Source: Neophaeotheca triangularis
Taxonomy: Eukaryota
Reading direction: 5' to 3'
DNA length: 64,000 bases
Assembly (NCBI GenBank): GCA_054600435.1
Contig: BAAIJX010000005.1
Span: forward strand, 62,001 to 126,000
Both the position numbers and the translations under genes were made by a program. The notes beneath the pieces are model-generated. The model was not told the origin of the DNA and did not search any database. It saw only the letters and a program-made list of their open reading frames with translations. Shown here one piece after another: positions 10,795 through 22,451 of this stretch (the first letter of the stretch is position 1; each line of letters starts with the position of its first letter).

Positions 10795-12927
10795 CTAAGC
10801 CAACCCCCCAGCCAAGCCCAAAAACAGCGCCTGCGCCGCAAGCTGCAGCGTCCAAAACCCGACCTTCTTGATCCGCTTCCTCACCCTCGCCTCATCACTG
10901 ACATTCCTAGCAAAAGCCTCGTACGTTTCACGGGACATATCGTCCATGAGCCCACTGTCAAAGATTGTCCACGACCCGTCGAACTCGGACTGCTTCTTCA
11001 CGACGCGGCAGTTGACGGGGATGAACGCTCTCTTGTTGTTGATATACGCGACTATGGGTCGCACGAGAGCGTTGTTGACGTAGCTTAGATCTTTGGTGAA
11101 GATTGGGACGGATGCGCGTACGTCATTGAGGTGGACGCGCAGGTCGAGGATGAGAAAGCGGTCGGGCTCCGAGGTGGTATGGGGTTGGGATATGGATTGC
11201 TGGGATGGGGTTGAGGATGACTGCTGCTCGTCGTTGTGGCAGATCGTGTTGTCTGGCTGTTGCTGTTGTTGAGATCGTCGACCGTTCGCCTCGGCCACCG
11301 TAGCTTCCATGCGGTCGTAGAAGTCCGACATCACTTTTGCGATGCTGCCATCTTCGTCGTTGGGGATCATGATATCGGCCACTATGTCCACATTACCTTC
11401 ATGGATCCAGCCAAAAGGTCCTTCGACGCCACGATTCAAATGGTCGATCTTGAGACCATCAATGCGGAGCCTACTGTGTTTCTTCCAATCGATTGGCTCG
11501 CCGGTAGCTTCCTTTCCATCCACGAGTGTTGCTCCAGTATGATTGTGCAATTGCCGAGGATGAATCGTGAACAGCGAGTCGTCGAAGCTGCCACTCATGT
11601 TGTTTGCTGACAGAAAGTCGTAAAACAACCATTGCTTCCTCAAGCGAGGCAGCTCGCAGTTGTAGACGCTCACAGAAAATGGCCGGAAGTCGTTCGGCTG
11701 GTACAGCGTGAGCAGAACGTCTTCCATCTTGAAGCTGTCAATCTCGAAATCGCCAGTGTGATGCTCGTGCTTGTAACTCCTCGGATCGATATCGTCACCC
11801 TCTGAGTGAACTGAGGTTCGGTCTACTACCCCGCGAACGCCATGAATCTCTACATCACGTAAGAGGCCTTTTCCATTGAACCATTTCGTAAATGACAGGG
11901 TGACATTGACGGTATCCAAGCTCACATCGAATTGTGTGAAGTTGGTATCCTCTTCCAAGTCACCTCCATCCTTGGCCTTCTCCGCCAAAGACGCCGCAGC
12001 GGCCGCGGCTGCAGCGGACGCCGAAGACCCCTTGCTCATGGTCCGCTGCTTGTTCTGGCCAGGCCTTCTTGAAACGAAGACATTCTTGAAAGTGATGACA
12101 CCGTCACCCCACTTGGGCACAATAGCGCTCTCAAATACCACCCGAATTCCTGACGACTGCGTAAGGTAATTACCGACCCAACCGGCCAGGGTCTCTTGCG
12201 CAAAGACTGTATTCACCGCAAAGATCGCCAAAGAGACAAAGGTGGTAGTGCCGATGATGATCCACGCAAGGTGTCCCAAGAAAATCCACGAGGCAAAAGC
12301 AAAAATCTCGTCGGTATTAAAGGGTCGCGCACTTCGGATGGAGAACCACTTGAAGTGAATGCCGAGGCGTTGCCAAAATCCCGTTGCGGCAGCTAAGAGC
12401 TCTTCCTTGGTGGGCCTGTGAAGGTGTGGGAGACGGTCCAGCAGATGCTTATTACTGCCTGTCGCGCCTGCAAATGCTTTCCCTTGCGCAGATAGGCCAT
12501 TTCGGGCTGCCTCGTCTGATTTGGGCAAGACGTCTCTTCCTGCATTCTTCCCAGTCACACCTTCTCCCAAGCCTTTCGATTCACTTTTGAACCTATGTTG
12601 TGTCCATCTTGTCATCATCCGGTCGCTGTGGATACGACTAGTGATCCCTCCATCTCCAGAAGGGATATGGATACTCCGCCATTGTTCGGGCTTGGTTTGC
12701 CTCAGCGCCTCCGATCGAGCCCATCGGAAGGGCGTATTATGGGAGGAGGCATAGCGGAATGCTGTGAAGCTCGATAAATGTCGGGCCCCCGAGGAGGCTA
12801 ATGGGTATGCAGAAGTTGTCCTCGAAAGTATCGAGGGCGCAAAGAGTGACTTGGATCGAATGGTCGAGGTAATGGCGGAATTAGTAGTAGAAATGCGGCA
12901 GGCGTTGGTCACGACATGGCGACTCAT
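10795..12927 (-). CDS. MDM31: Mitochondrial inner-membrane protein Mdm31/Mdm32 family
   Basis: 710-aa ORF with an Arg/Ser-rich presequence, RPFNTDEIFAFASW, NTVFAQE, VFESAIVPKW, LPRLRKQWLFYDFL and KKVGFWTLQL. Confidence 0.94.
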   Translation of the reverse strand: MSRHVVTNACRISTTNSAITSTIRSKSLFAPSILSRTTSAYPLASSGARHLSSFTAFRYASSHNTPFRWARSEALRQTKPEQWRSIHIPSGDGGITSRIHSDRMMTRWTQHRFKSESKGLGEGVTGKNAGRDVLPKSDEAARNGLSAQGKAFAGATGSNKHLLDRLPHLHRPTKEELLAAATGFWQRLGIHFKWFSIRSARPFNTDEIFAFASWIFLGHLAWIIIGTTTFVSLAIFAVNTVFAQETLAGWVGNYLTQSSGIRVVFESAIVPKWGDGVITFKNVFVSRRPGQNKQRTMSKGSSASAAAAAAAASLAEKAKDGGDLEEDTNFTQFDVSLDTVNVTLSFTKWFNGKGLLRDVEIHGVRGVVDRTSVHSEGDDIDPRSYKHEHHTGDFEIDSFKMEDVLLTLYQPNDFRPFSVSVYNCELPRLRKQWLFYDFLSANNMSGSFDDSLFTIHPRQLHNHTGATLVDGKEATGEPIDWKKHSRLRIDGLKIDHLNRGVEGPFGWIHEGNVDIVADIMIPNDEDGSIAKVMSDFYDRMEATVAEANGRRSQQQQQPDNTICHNDEQQSSSTPSQQSISQPHTTSEPDRFLILDLRVHLNDVRASVPIFTKDLSYVNNALVRPIVAYINNKRAFIPVNCRVVKKQSEFDGSWTIFDSGLMDDMSRETYEAFARNVSDEARVRKRIKKVGFWTLQLAAQALFLGLAGGLA

Positions 12928-13281
12928 GTTATTTCATCTCATCCTGCCAGCGCACCTTTCGAAGGGCAATGTTACAGTACAAGGGAAATTAGGTATCGTT
13001 AGTAGGGCCGCAGATGAAATCGTAGAGGAGTAGCCTGAAGGTACAGAAACGATGGAAAGAGGAGTAGCAAGCAGGAAATGACGGATAGGACTTGGCCCAG
13101 ACAAAGGGTGTGACCCACAGACGCCACGGTCGGAGTGAAGCTTGCTAACTCCGCTTTTGCATCTTGTCCAAGAATTTCATGTGCAAATTGCCTAATTCAA
13201 GGATTCGTCTGTCACACAAGCAACCACCAAATCGAATCTAATTCTCGACTCAATCATCAAAAAGAGGAGCGTGAGCCATTG

Positions 13282-13291
13282 TGAAAATTTT
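13282..13291 (+). promoter_or_regulatory. RRPE-like element TGAAAATTTT upstream of PNO1
   Basis: Matches the rRNA-processing element consensus about 50 nt upstream of a ribosome-biogenesis gene ATG, in the divergent MDM31/PNO1 intergenic region. Confidence 0.55.
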
Positions 13292-13339
13292 CCCTTCGCA
13301 CGCAGCAATCTACCGAATCAGAGAGCTTCCGCATCCACC

Positions 13340-14113
13340 ATGCCTGCGCCGACCGCTCTTCAAAGAGCGCCTGAGAACCTTGCCGTCGAAGAGACCATCC
13401 ACGATGCGCCTCAATCTGCAGTCGAGGAAGATGTGATCATCAGCAACCCAGCAGCAGCCGAGCAAGACCCTGCTCAATCCGCCGACTCAGCACCAGCAGA
13501 AGACATGCAAATCGACGACCAAGAACGCCCAACCTTCGCCCCCGAAAAAGCCACATCCCAAAGACACCGCCCCGAAGAGCGCAAAGTCCGGATACCACCG
13601 CACCGCATGGCACCTCTCAAAACCACCTGGCCCAAAATCTACCCCCCGCTAGTCGAGCACCTGGGTCTGCAAGTCAGAATGAATGTCGCCAAAAAGGCCG
13701 TCGAGCTCCGCACCTCCGCCCACACCACAGACCCAGGTGCCCTGCAAAAAGGCGCCGACTTCCTCTCAGCCTTCACACTGGGTTTCGACGTCGAAGACGC
13801 CATCGCCCTGCTTCGACTCGACGACCTTTACATCGAGACTTTCGAGATCAAAGATGTCAAGACTTTGCAGAACGAACACATGAGCCGCGCGGTTGGCCGT
13901 ATTGCCGGTAAAGACGGCAAGACCAAGTTCGCGATTGAGAATGCGAGCCGCACGAGGATTGTGCTGGCGGATACGAAGGTGCATATTCTTGGTGGCTTCA
14001 AGAACATTCATGTAGCTAGGGAGGCGGTGGTGAGTTTGATTTTGGGTAGCCCGCCTGGCAAGGTGTATGGCAATCTTCGCACTGTCTCTGCGAGGATGAA
14101 GGAGAGATTCTAG
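13340..14113 (+). CDS. PNO1: Pre-rRNA-processing KH-domain protein Pno1/Dim2
   Basis: First ATG 13340 (ACCATG). RKVRIPPHRMAPLK, DAIALLRLDDLYI, GRIAGKDGKTKFAIEN, VYGNLRTVSARMKERF*. Confidence 0.97.
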   Translation: MPAPTALQRAPENLAVEETIHDAPQSAVEEDVIISNPAAAEQDPAQSADSAPAEDMQIDDQERPTFAPEKATSQRHRPEERKVRIPPHRMAPLKTTWPKIYPPLVEHLGLQVRMNVAKKAVELRTSAHTTDPGALQKGADFLSAFTLGFDVEDAIALLRLDDLYIETFEIKDVKTLQNEHMSRAVGRIAGKDGKTKFAIENASRTRIVLADTKVHILGGFKNIHVAREAVVSLILGSPPGKVYGNLRTVSARMKERF

Positions 14114-15061
14114 GGCGGTCAAGGAGCAGCGAACAGAAATGTCGCTTGATGAGCAAGATCAAGAATGGTGTTTCTTAGCGAGGAGTCACGGCGTTTTTTG
14201 CGTGAGCGGGTCAGATAGACGAGTCCATGACTTAGAACTACCGAATCTACATTATCTCTTGTGCCGGCATAAATAAAGTCGACCTTCCCGCATCTGTGTC
14301 CTTGCGTTTTATCATACAGCCTCTCGGCAACACCACTACTCTTTCTTAAGTGCAGCCATCCAAGTGCACTGCAGCGCCAAGGTCCGAGATCTATCTGCAG
14401 AACAGACCGTTCTCTAACACAATGACATACCCCGTTCACATTCCTCTTCACGACCATGCTAAAGCGCTAGAATAAATGCAATGTGCCTCGAAAATATGGA
14501 TACCCACTCACGGATAATCATGGGAACCTCAAACGACGTGACTTGGTTTGTTCTTGCAAGGGTGACCGGAGTGGTCAAACACCAGATAGCTCATGGGCTG
14601 AGATTCTGAGAGGACTGACTTGCTTTCTGGGTGGTGTTGGGGTGGAAAAATACGTGGTGAGAAGCGACCTCAGTATTGCATACTTGCCTTGGCCTGCTGA
14701 GATTCAGCCTCGAGACGGCGGAGTGCTCAGCGTATCGGCAGATAGGATGTTTGATGGGTCTGGTTATTCTACGCATTGCAGGTAGCATTTGGCTTCGATG
14801 AGCGTGACGACTGTGACAATCGTTGGTAATAAGAGGTAGGTACGAAGGGAAAGACGAAACTTCACCGGAACCGCTGAAGACGACAAAATGTTCAAGCGGT
14901 CCGTGCCAATCAGTGGCCGAAAGAAGAAGGAAGCTCGAGAAAGCGGATCATCAATAATAATGGAACCAGAACAACCTGAGGTACCCATGGACGTCCTGCA
15001 TACGTAGCCCCGCCACTATCTTCACCGACCACGCCTCTGTTTCACGGCACCCGACTTATAG

Positions 15062-17989
15062 ATGCGACCACCTCCTCTCCCCATCGTCGCTCGCGCAGTA
15101 CGACCTTTATACCGCAACCAAGTCGCATGTGCCAGCTCGGGAGCCCCTCAACTCCAATCCGTCACAAGCTGTCTCCCACGTAGACCCTTCCTTCCGGGCG
15201 TTCGCTCCTACAGCTCCCCCACTCTCCAGTCAAACACAAGGACCGCGTCCTTGACCGATCACCCCTCCTCCTTCCAATCGAACCCTCTGCGCCGTCTCAC
15301 TAGTCGAACCCCTAAACGATACTGCTCACACCGACGCGATATGTGCAGAAGAGAAGCGGACGTCATGGGTGCCAACACCGACATCAGCAAGGGCCGTGAA
15401 GTCTTGCCCAAGAATGTCAAGCCCCTTCACTACGACCTGACCCTTGAACCAAATCTCAAAACTTTCCAATACGAGGGAACAGTCACAATCGACTTGGATG
15501 TTGTCGAGGACACAAAGTCGATCTCGTTGAACACTCTCGACCTCGACATCAAAGAGACAATCATCAAGAGCGGTGGATCCGTCGTTTCTTCCACGCCAAC
15601 ACTCAACTACGATGAGGATTCCCAAACTACAAAGATCGACTTCGATCAGACCATACCGGCCGGTAGCAAGGCAACCCTTACACAGAAGTTCACCGGTACC
15701 CTGAACGACAACATGGCAGGATTTTACAGGTCTTCATACAAAGATGCCAACGGCGAGGAGGCGTACATGGCTACGACGCAGATGGAGCCCACCGATGCCC
15801 GGAGGGCTTTCCCTTGCTTCGACGAGCCAGCGCTCAAGGCCACTTTCACTGTCACGCTGGTTGCGGATGACAAGATGACCTGCTTGAGCAACATGGATGT
15901 TGCCGGTGAAAAGTCGGTCGATTCAGCCATGGTTGGCGGAAAGCGAAAGGCCGTGACGTTCAACAAGACGCCGCTCATGTCGACCTATTTGCTCGCCTTC
16001 ATTGTTGGGGAACTCAAGGTGTATGAGACAAACCAATTCCGCATTCCCGTTCGCGTGTTCTGTACCCCCGACAAGGACGTCGACCATGGCAAGTTCTCCG
16101 CCGAGCTGGGTGCGAAGACCTTGGACTTTTACGAGAAGCAATTTGGCATTGACTTCCCTCTGCCGAAAATGGACATGGTTGCCATCCCTGACTTTTCGGC
16201 TGGTGCCATGGAGAACTGGGGCCTCGTCACCTACCGTGTCGTGGACGTGCTGCTCGATGAGAAAACCAGCAGTGCCTCTACCAAGCAGCGCATCGCAGAA
16301 GTTGTGCAGCACGAGCTTGCTCACCAGTGGTTCGGGAACTTGGTGACCATGGATTTCTGGGATGGACTGTGGCTGAACGAAGGCTTCGCTACCTGGATGT
16401 CCTGGTACTCTTGCAACGCCTTCTATCCCGAATGGAAGGTTTGGCAGGGCTATGTAACCGACAACTTGCAGTCTGCACTTGGCCTTGACTCCCTTCGAAG
16501 CTCGCACCCCATTGAAGTCCCCGTCAAGCGTGCAGACGAGATCAACCAAATTTTCGACGCCATTTCCTACTCCAAAGGCTCCTGTGTGATTCGTATGGTC
16601 TCGAAGCATCTGGGCGAACAGACCTTCATGGAGGGTATCAGGAAATACCTGAAGAAGCATGCGTACGGTAACACGGAGACTGGTGACCTATGGGCTGCAC
16701 TCAGCGAGGCGAGTGGTCAGGACGTTGAGCGTGTAGCCGATATCTGGACCAAGAACGTTGGCTTCCCTGTCGTGAGCGTCACTGAGAACGCCAAGGACAA
16801 CTCGATTTCCGTTAAACAAAACCGCTTCCTCAGGACTGCTGATGTGAAGCCCGAGGAGGACGAGACGCTCTACCCCGTCTTCTTAGGCATGAGGACAAAG
16901 GACGGTGTCAACGAGGATCTCACGCTTAACAAGCGCGAGCAAACTTTCAACGCGCCTATGGACTTCTACAAGCTCAACGCCGATCACTCTGGAATCTACC
17001 GCACTTCTTACCCACCGGAGCGACTGGTGAAGCTGGGTAAGAACGCCAAAGAAGGTTTGCTCACAGTCGAAGACCGTGCTGGTATGATTGCCGACGCAGG
17101 TGCACTTTCCGCTGCCGGGTACCAAAGGACTTCTGGTCTGTTGTCGCTGCTCAAGAGCTTCGACTCTGAGCCCGACTTTGTTGTCTGGGACGAGCTCTCT
17201 GCGCGTGTCGGTGCTGTCCGAAGTGCTTGGCAATTTGAAGACCAGGCGACGAAAGATGCCCTTAAGGCCTTCCAGCGTGACTTGGTCAGTGGCAAGGCAC
17301 ACTCGATGGGCTGGGACTTCAAGGAAAGCGACGGTCACATCGAGCAACAGTTCAAGGCCTTGCTTTTCGGCAGCGCAGCTTCCGCAGGCGACGAGAAGGC
17401 GAAATCAGCCGCTTTCGACATGTTCGGCAAGTTTGTGGCTGGTGACCGTGCCGCTCTTCACCCCAACTTGCGTTCCGCTGTCTACGCCGTCGTTCTCCAG
17501 TACGGCGGTGAGAAAGAGTACGAAGCTGTGCTCAACGAATACCGCACAGCCGCCAACAGCGACGAGCGTAACGCCGCGCTCCGTTCGCTGGGTCGCGCCC
17601 GCCAGCCCGAACTCATCCAGCGCACGCTCGCCTACTCTTTGTCAAAGGAAGTCAAGGAGCAGGATATCTACCTACCCTTGGCGGGTCTGCGCGCCCACCG
17701 CGAGGGTATGGAAGCTTTCTGGACCTGGATGAAGGAGAACTGGGATCTTCTCAAGAAGAAGATGCCACCCAGCTTCACGCTGCTTGGTAGCGTCATCTCA
17801 ATGGCGACGAGCGGCTTCACGCACAAAGACCAGCTGAGGGATGTCGAGGAGTTCTTCAAGGACAAGGACCAAAAGGGCTTCAACCGTAACCTGGCGCAGA
17901 GCATTGACTCTATTAGGGCGAAGCAGGGTTGGTTGGAGAGGGATGGTGAGGATGTTGAGAAGTGGCTCAAGGAGAACAAGTACTTGTAG
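15062..17989 (+). CDS. APE2: M1-family zinc aminopeptidase (Ape2/Aap1 type)
   Basis: 975-aa ORF with GAMENWGL, HELAHQWFG and WLNEGFA; presequence-like N-terminal extension. Confidence 0.95.
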   Translation: MRPPPLPIVARAVRPLYRNQVACASSGAPQLQSVTSCLPRRPFLPGVRSYSSPTLQSNTRTASLTDHPSSFQSNPLRRLTSRTPKRYCSHRRDMCRREADVMGANTDISKGREVLPKNVKPLHYDLTLEPNLKTFQYEGTVTIDLDVVEDTKSISLNTLDLDIKETIIKSGGSVVSSTPTLNYDEDSQTTKIDFDQTIPAGSKATLTQKFTGTLNDNMAGFYRSSYKDANGEEAYMATTQMEPTDARRAFPCFDEPALKATFTVTLVADDKMTCLSNMDVAGEKSVDSAMVGGKRKAVTFNKTPLMSTYLLAFIVGELKVYETNQFRIPVRVFCTPDKDVDHGKFSAELGAKTLDFYEKQFGIDFPLPKMDMVAIPDFSAGAMENWGLVTYRVVDVLLDEKTSSASTKQRIAEVVQHELAHQWFGNLVTMDFWDGLWLNEGFATWMSWYSCNAFYPEWKVWQGYVTDNLQSALGLDSLRSSHPIEVPVKRADEINQIFDAISYSKGSCVIRMVSKHLGEQTFMEGIRKYLKKHAYGNTETGDLWAALSEASGQDVERVADIWTKNVGFPVVSVTENAKDNSISVKQNRFLRTADVKPEEDETLYPVFLGMRTKDGVNEDLTLNKREQTFNAPMDFYKLNADHSGIYRTSYPPERLVKLGKNAKEGLLTVEDRAGMIADAGALSAAGYQRTSGLLSLLKSFDSEPDFVVWDELSARVGAVRSAWQFEDQATKDALKAFQRDLVSGKAHSMGWDFKESDGHIEQQFKALLFGSAASAGDEKAKSAAFDMFGKFVAGDRAALHPNLRSAVYAVVLQYGGEKEYEAVLNEYRTAANSDERNAALRSLGRARQPELIQRTLAYSLSKEVKEQDIYLPLAGLRAHREGMEAFWTWMKENWDLLKKKMPPSFTLLGSVISMATSGFTHKDQLRDVEEFFKDKDQKGFNRNLAQSIDSIRAKQGWLERDGEDVEKWLKENKYL

Positions 17990-18455
17990 ATAAATTCCCT
18001 GGCTTTATGGAGGGGGGTTGAGCCGGCTAGAAAGACCTCGTCGTCTCATGGCTAAAAACAATGTGTATGCAGCTCGCAGCTGTAGATTTTCACAACACTT
18101 TGCTAGCAATGATTTTGAATCATGCCACTTGTTGATTTTGGTCCATGTGAAAGGTGTTGTCTTCTCTTCGCCTGGTCGAGGTACTACCTACCTTAGTCCT
18201 GGTAGCTTTTGCTGGGCGCCGCGGGCTGACAAGCCGCGCAAGCCAGCTTTTCAGAACTGGCGGCCAGGGCAAGGCGAAGCTGCATCATCATCATCACATG
18301 CGATTCCATTGCTTCCTTGTCCTTCATAACACGCAGATGTCCTGGTCAGACTGCAACAGCATGCCCCGTCTGCTTTCTGCAACGACGTATCAGGAAGTAG
18401 AGAGACAAGCGGTGGCGTGCTGCCTTCACACTGTTGTCGTACCCGTCGACCAACC

Positions 18456-21350
18456 ATGTCCCCCGGGCTGAAGACGCCAGACGCCGACTCCAATGGCAGC
18501 AGCTTCGATATACGGGACTTTGCTGGCGCCGGCACAAAAGAGCATGATTATCTGAGAGAATTCACGAGGAGTCCGCACCCTTATGCCAGACAAGGGAAAG
18601 AGATCGAACAGCATTCACAAGGTAATGCGAATTACACAGACACCAACCTAGAGAGGAGCTCAACGAAAACTACAACCAGCCACGAGCGAGGACGACAAGA
18701 CTCAGCCGCTTCAGTAGAGGAGGACGACGACGAATACTCCCGCGAATGGCGAGACCGAGACCGGCAGACTTCCACCACCACCACGACCAGCGAATCTGGC
18801 ACTGAAGCCGACGATGAGCGTCCCCACTTTGTCAAAGCCCTACCGCCCGCCCAGCAGCGCCCTAGAAAAGGCTTGAAAGGCGGCGAGCAGAGTGAAGATG
18901 GTGACACGCCCTTGCTAACGCCGAGCCAACTCGACGACGAGGGCCGCCGCCTCTCGCAATCCGAACAGTACTTTCGCCGTCGACTTTCAGCCGTCAAGAA
19001 CGAGCAGCTCATCGACGAAGAGGAGAAGCAAAAGCGTGCGGCGCAGGACCGGTTACAACGCAGGCGGTTGGCGGAGTTTGTCAGACGCTCTTCAGAGTGC
19101 GCGCTCGTGGGCGTCATCGCGGTTTGCGTGCTCTGCGGTCATGGGGTTTGGGAGCAAGCTTGGGCTGGGAGGAGGGAACTGCTGAGCCATGTTGGAGTCA
19201 TCGCGGCGTTGATTCTGGCTTACCCAGTCAAGTTGTCCATTGTCGATAGCTCGACCAGTTACTCGAAACCCTGGCAACGCTTTCGCGTGCCGGCGTCTTT
19301 CGACCCGGCGACGGTGCTGTATCCGACTTTCCTGCCCGTACTGGTCGCACTGTCGATTTCGCCCGCAAGCCCGGAGGTGCTGCTGCCGAATGTTATTTTG
19401 GCGCTGGCGTCGTTGCCTCAGAGGTTGTTCCCCCGCTCTAGTCGGCTGGCAGGGATCAATGTGTTGCATTGGTTTGTCAGTATTTTGCCCCTAATTGCGG
19501 CGGAGAATACAGCGTGGCCTTCGAAGAGTGCGCCGGGGAAGCCGTATTCGCTGCGAGTACAGGGGAGTGCTTTGGAGCCGGAAACGCTGGCGTCGCTGTA
19601 CGCGCTGCATCATGCCCTGATGGTGCCCTTGCACTTTCTGACCACGACGAGCTTGTTGGCCTCGGAGTTGCATTTGCTGTCGGCAGTACTCATCAACCTG
19701 CTCTTCTTCGCAGCCTCGCCGCAGGCTTCGATCTTGAGCTCTTGTCTCTGGCTAGGTGGGATTTTGTTGTTCGTGCTTTGTGCTAGAGTTTTGCATTGGA
19801 ACGTCACTCTCGCGCGGGTGCCAAAGTGGAAATTAAGGCGACCGGGTCACGTCGACGGAGAACGAAAGTCTCTTGTAGACGCGGCATCGGAGCTTATCAA
19901 TGTGCAGCGCAGTTTGTCGGCTTTGCGCTCGAACACCAAAGCAGAGGATAGCGATGCCGACGAAGACCAGCCAGCGGCTCCCCTGAAAGCGACGTCGACG
20001 GACAGGCCGAAGCTGAGGCTCGGCATGACTTTTGACGGATCTGCTACACCACAAGGGAATTTTCCAAAATCTGCCGTAGAGCCTCTATCCCCAACTTCGA
20101 ATGGGTTCGTATTCGAAAAGCCTAACTTCAGCCGACAACGCCGCAACACGCAGCCTGCGAGGCATCCACCAGACCTCAGAGAGCGGCAGTCGAGCAGCAG
20201 ACGCAGAGGCAGATATTCAAACCTCTTATGGTGCTTGCAGCTCACGCCTGCCCAAGCACAGCGCAGAAAATACCTTTACGCCGCCTTCACCTACTTTACC
20301 GTTCTAGCAACAATCCTCGGACCTATCAGGTGGCAAGTCGGTAAAACAGCCCTTCAAGGTAACGAACCCATAGGTTGGGCTCTAGGCTACCTCCTCGGCC
20401 AGCTCCCCTTCCTTCGCCCCTGGATCTCGTACCTCCACCTCACCGACTGGATCCGTCTGCCCCCCGACCCCGCTTCTCTCGAAACCCTCTTAACGTCCCT
20501 AACCCTACCACCCAACATCCCGCACCTCCGCCTCCTCCTCGGCGCCGCCAACCTCCGCCTCCTGCTAATCGCCTACTGGATCTTGATTCTCCTCCTCGGC
20601 CTCCTAGCCGTCTTCACACTAACCGCCTACGTGGAAGTCGACACGCGCCGCAAAGTCTTCCACGGTGTCATGGTAGCCATGCTCTTGCCCGCGACCTTCG
20701 TAGACCCCTGCTTCTGCTCGCTCGCCCTCTCGCTCATCGCCGCCGTCTTCCTGATCTTCGAGGTCATCCGCGCCGGCCAAGTACCCCCACTAGGTAACGC
20801 AATAAGCCGCTTCGTAGCCCCCTACGTTGACGGCAGAGACTTGCGCGGCCCCGTTGTCGTGAGCCATATCTTTCTGCTCATCGGGTGCGCGGTGCCGTTG
20901 TGGTTCTCGCTCGCGACTACGCATAGAGAAGGCTCGACGGGCTGGGAAGGCTGGGATGTGTATGAGGCGCGCAGGGACGTGGGCATGATTGCGGGCGTAA
21001 CTTGCGTGGGGCTGGGGGATGCCGCGGCGTCGCTGATTGGCAGGCGTTATGGACGGCGCAAGTGGATGTGGATTGGGGGGAAGAGTTTGGAGGGGTCGGC
21101 GGCGATGGTTGTGGCGGTTACGGCGGGTTTGATGGCCGCGAAGGTCTGGATGGCTTTTGGTGGGTGGCCGCATAGTGCTGGCGGACAGCGGGAGGGGTTC
21201 GGGGAGGTTGGTCCGTGGGTGGTGAGTTTGCTCAAGGCTGTGTTTTGTGGTTGTGGGGCGAGTTTTATGGAGGCTGTGTTGACCGGGGCGAATGACAATG
21301 TCGTTGTGCCTGTTGCTTTGTGGCTGTTAGTCAAGGGGGTCAGGTTGTGA
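18456..21350 (+). CDS. SEC59: Dolichol kinase
   Basis: Polytopic membrane protein with DTRRKVFH, SHIFLLIGC, GLGDAAASLIGRRYG, KSLEGS and NDNVVVP; first ATG 18456. Confidence 0.92.
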   Translation: MSPGLKTPDADSNGSSFDIRDFAGAGTKEHDYLREFTRSPHPYARQGKEIEQHSQGNANYTDTNLERSSTKTTTSHERGRQDSAASVEEDDDEYSREWRDRDRQTSTTTTTSESGTEADDERPHFVKALPPAQQRPRKGLKGGEQSEDGDTPLLTPSQLDDEGRRLSQSEQYFRRRLSAVKNEQLIDEEEKQKRAAQDRLQRRRLAEFVRRSSECALVGVIAVCVLCGHGVWEQAWAGRRELLSHVGVIAALILAYPVKLSIVDSSTSYSKPWQRFRVPASFDPATVLYPTFLPVLVALSISPASPEVLLPNVILALASLPQRLFPRSSRLAGINVLHWFVSILPLIAAENTAWPSKSAPGKPYSLRVQGSALEPETLASLYALHHALMVPLHFLTTTSLLASELHLLSAVLINLLFFAASPQASILSSCLWLGGILLFVLCARVLHWNVTLARVPKWKLRRPGHVDGERKSLVDAASELINVQRSLSALRSNTKAEDSDADEDQPAAPLKATSTDRPKLRLGMTFDGSATPQGNFPKSAVEPLSPTSNGFVFEKPNFSRQRRNTQPARHPPDLRERQSSSRRRGRYSNLLWCLQLTPAQAQRRKYLYAAFTYFTVLATILGPIRWQVGKTALQGNEPIGWALGYLLGQLPFLRPWISYLHLTDWIRLPPDPASLETLLTSLTLPPNIPHLRLLLGAANLRLLLIAYWILILLLGLLAVFTLTAYVEVDTRRKVFHGVMVAMLLPATFVDPCFCSLALSLIAAVFLIFEVIRAGQVPPLGNAISRFVAPYVDGRDLRGPVVVSHIFLLIGCAVPLWFSLATTHREGSTGWEGWDVYEARRDVGMIAGVTCVGLGDAAASLIGRRYGRRKWMWIGGKSLEGSAAMVVAVTAGLMAAKVWMAFGGWPHSAGGQREGFGEVGPWVVSLLKAVFCGCGASFMEAVLTGANDNVVVPVALWLLVKGVRL

Positions 21351-21594
21351 ATGCGGCATAGCTTTCATTCTTGAGCGCGGTGTTTATGGAGTACTACAGC
21401 GCTTGGAAAAGTGACGCTTCCACTGGGATTGAATACAGAGCTCACGCATAACGAGACCCTTTCCCATCTAATCACTCGCCATGCTATTTATGCATGAGAC
21501 TGTCCGTTGTCTTGATTTCTAGAAGCAACAGGTATATTATTACAATACACACCCTCTCCTTCCACCAACACTGCCACCACTCGCCTCTGCCCCT

Positions 21595-22451
21595 CTAATC
21601 CTTCTTCAACTCATCAAACTTCTCCTCAATCCCATCCTTGGTCATGATCATCATCTGCAACCCATCACCAACCTCGATATGCCTCTCAACAGCACTGGTG
21701 AAAGCATCCCTGACCAACTGCTCCACCTCAACCCTGTCCAGCGCCTGCGGCACCCTCTGCACCTTCTCCAACCCCTGCCCACTCGACGGATCATACTGAT
21801 TCTTCAGATTGACCTGGTTGTCCAAAAACGGCATGATCAAACTACTCGCCGCGCCCGCAGCCCTGCATTGCTCGCGCTCATAACTCCCCACGGGATCATA
21901 CGAGTACAGCGCACCCTTACCCTCATCATCCACACCCCCCAAAATCGCCGTCACGTAGAAAGGAAAGAACCGCTTCCCATACAACAGGTGGCTGAGGCGC
22001 TGCGCGCACGCGTGCACCCCCATTTCCTTGCCGTGCTGGTACTTGTACATTTTGACGGCGGTGTCGAGGCGTTCTTTGAGAGCGTTGCCGTCGGCGGCGA
22101 AGCCCACGACGCTCAGCACGATGCGCGCGCCGATGTTGTCGGGGCCATCGCCCCCGATTTTGAAGAGTTTGGGCGCGTAGCGGCTGTTGATGTTGTAGCC
22201 GGAGGTGCTGCGCGTGTCGCCGGCGAGGATGGTGAAGTTGCTGCCCGTGATGCCTAGGGTTGAGCCGCCGTTGTCGGTGTAGCTGGGTGGAGTGGGTTAG
22301 TGGGGTGGGTTTCGATGGAGGGGGGTGGGAGTGCGGCTTACGGGTAGAAGCCATGTTGTGTTGGGCCGCCGGATGCTGTTGTTTGTGGTGTTTGGTTGAA
22401 GGAGTAGGCGGGTGCGGAGGAAGGCATGGGGGCGTTGAACATGGCGGCCAT
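21595..22451 (-). CDS. PRE7: 20S proteasome subunit beta-6 (exons 22451-22342, 22282-21595)
   Basis: Intron GTAAGC..CTAAC..CAG (22341-22283) gives FYPYTDNGGSTLGI; also KRFFPFYV, YDPVGSYE and ERHIEVGDGLQ. Confidence 0.96.
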
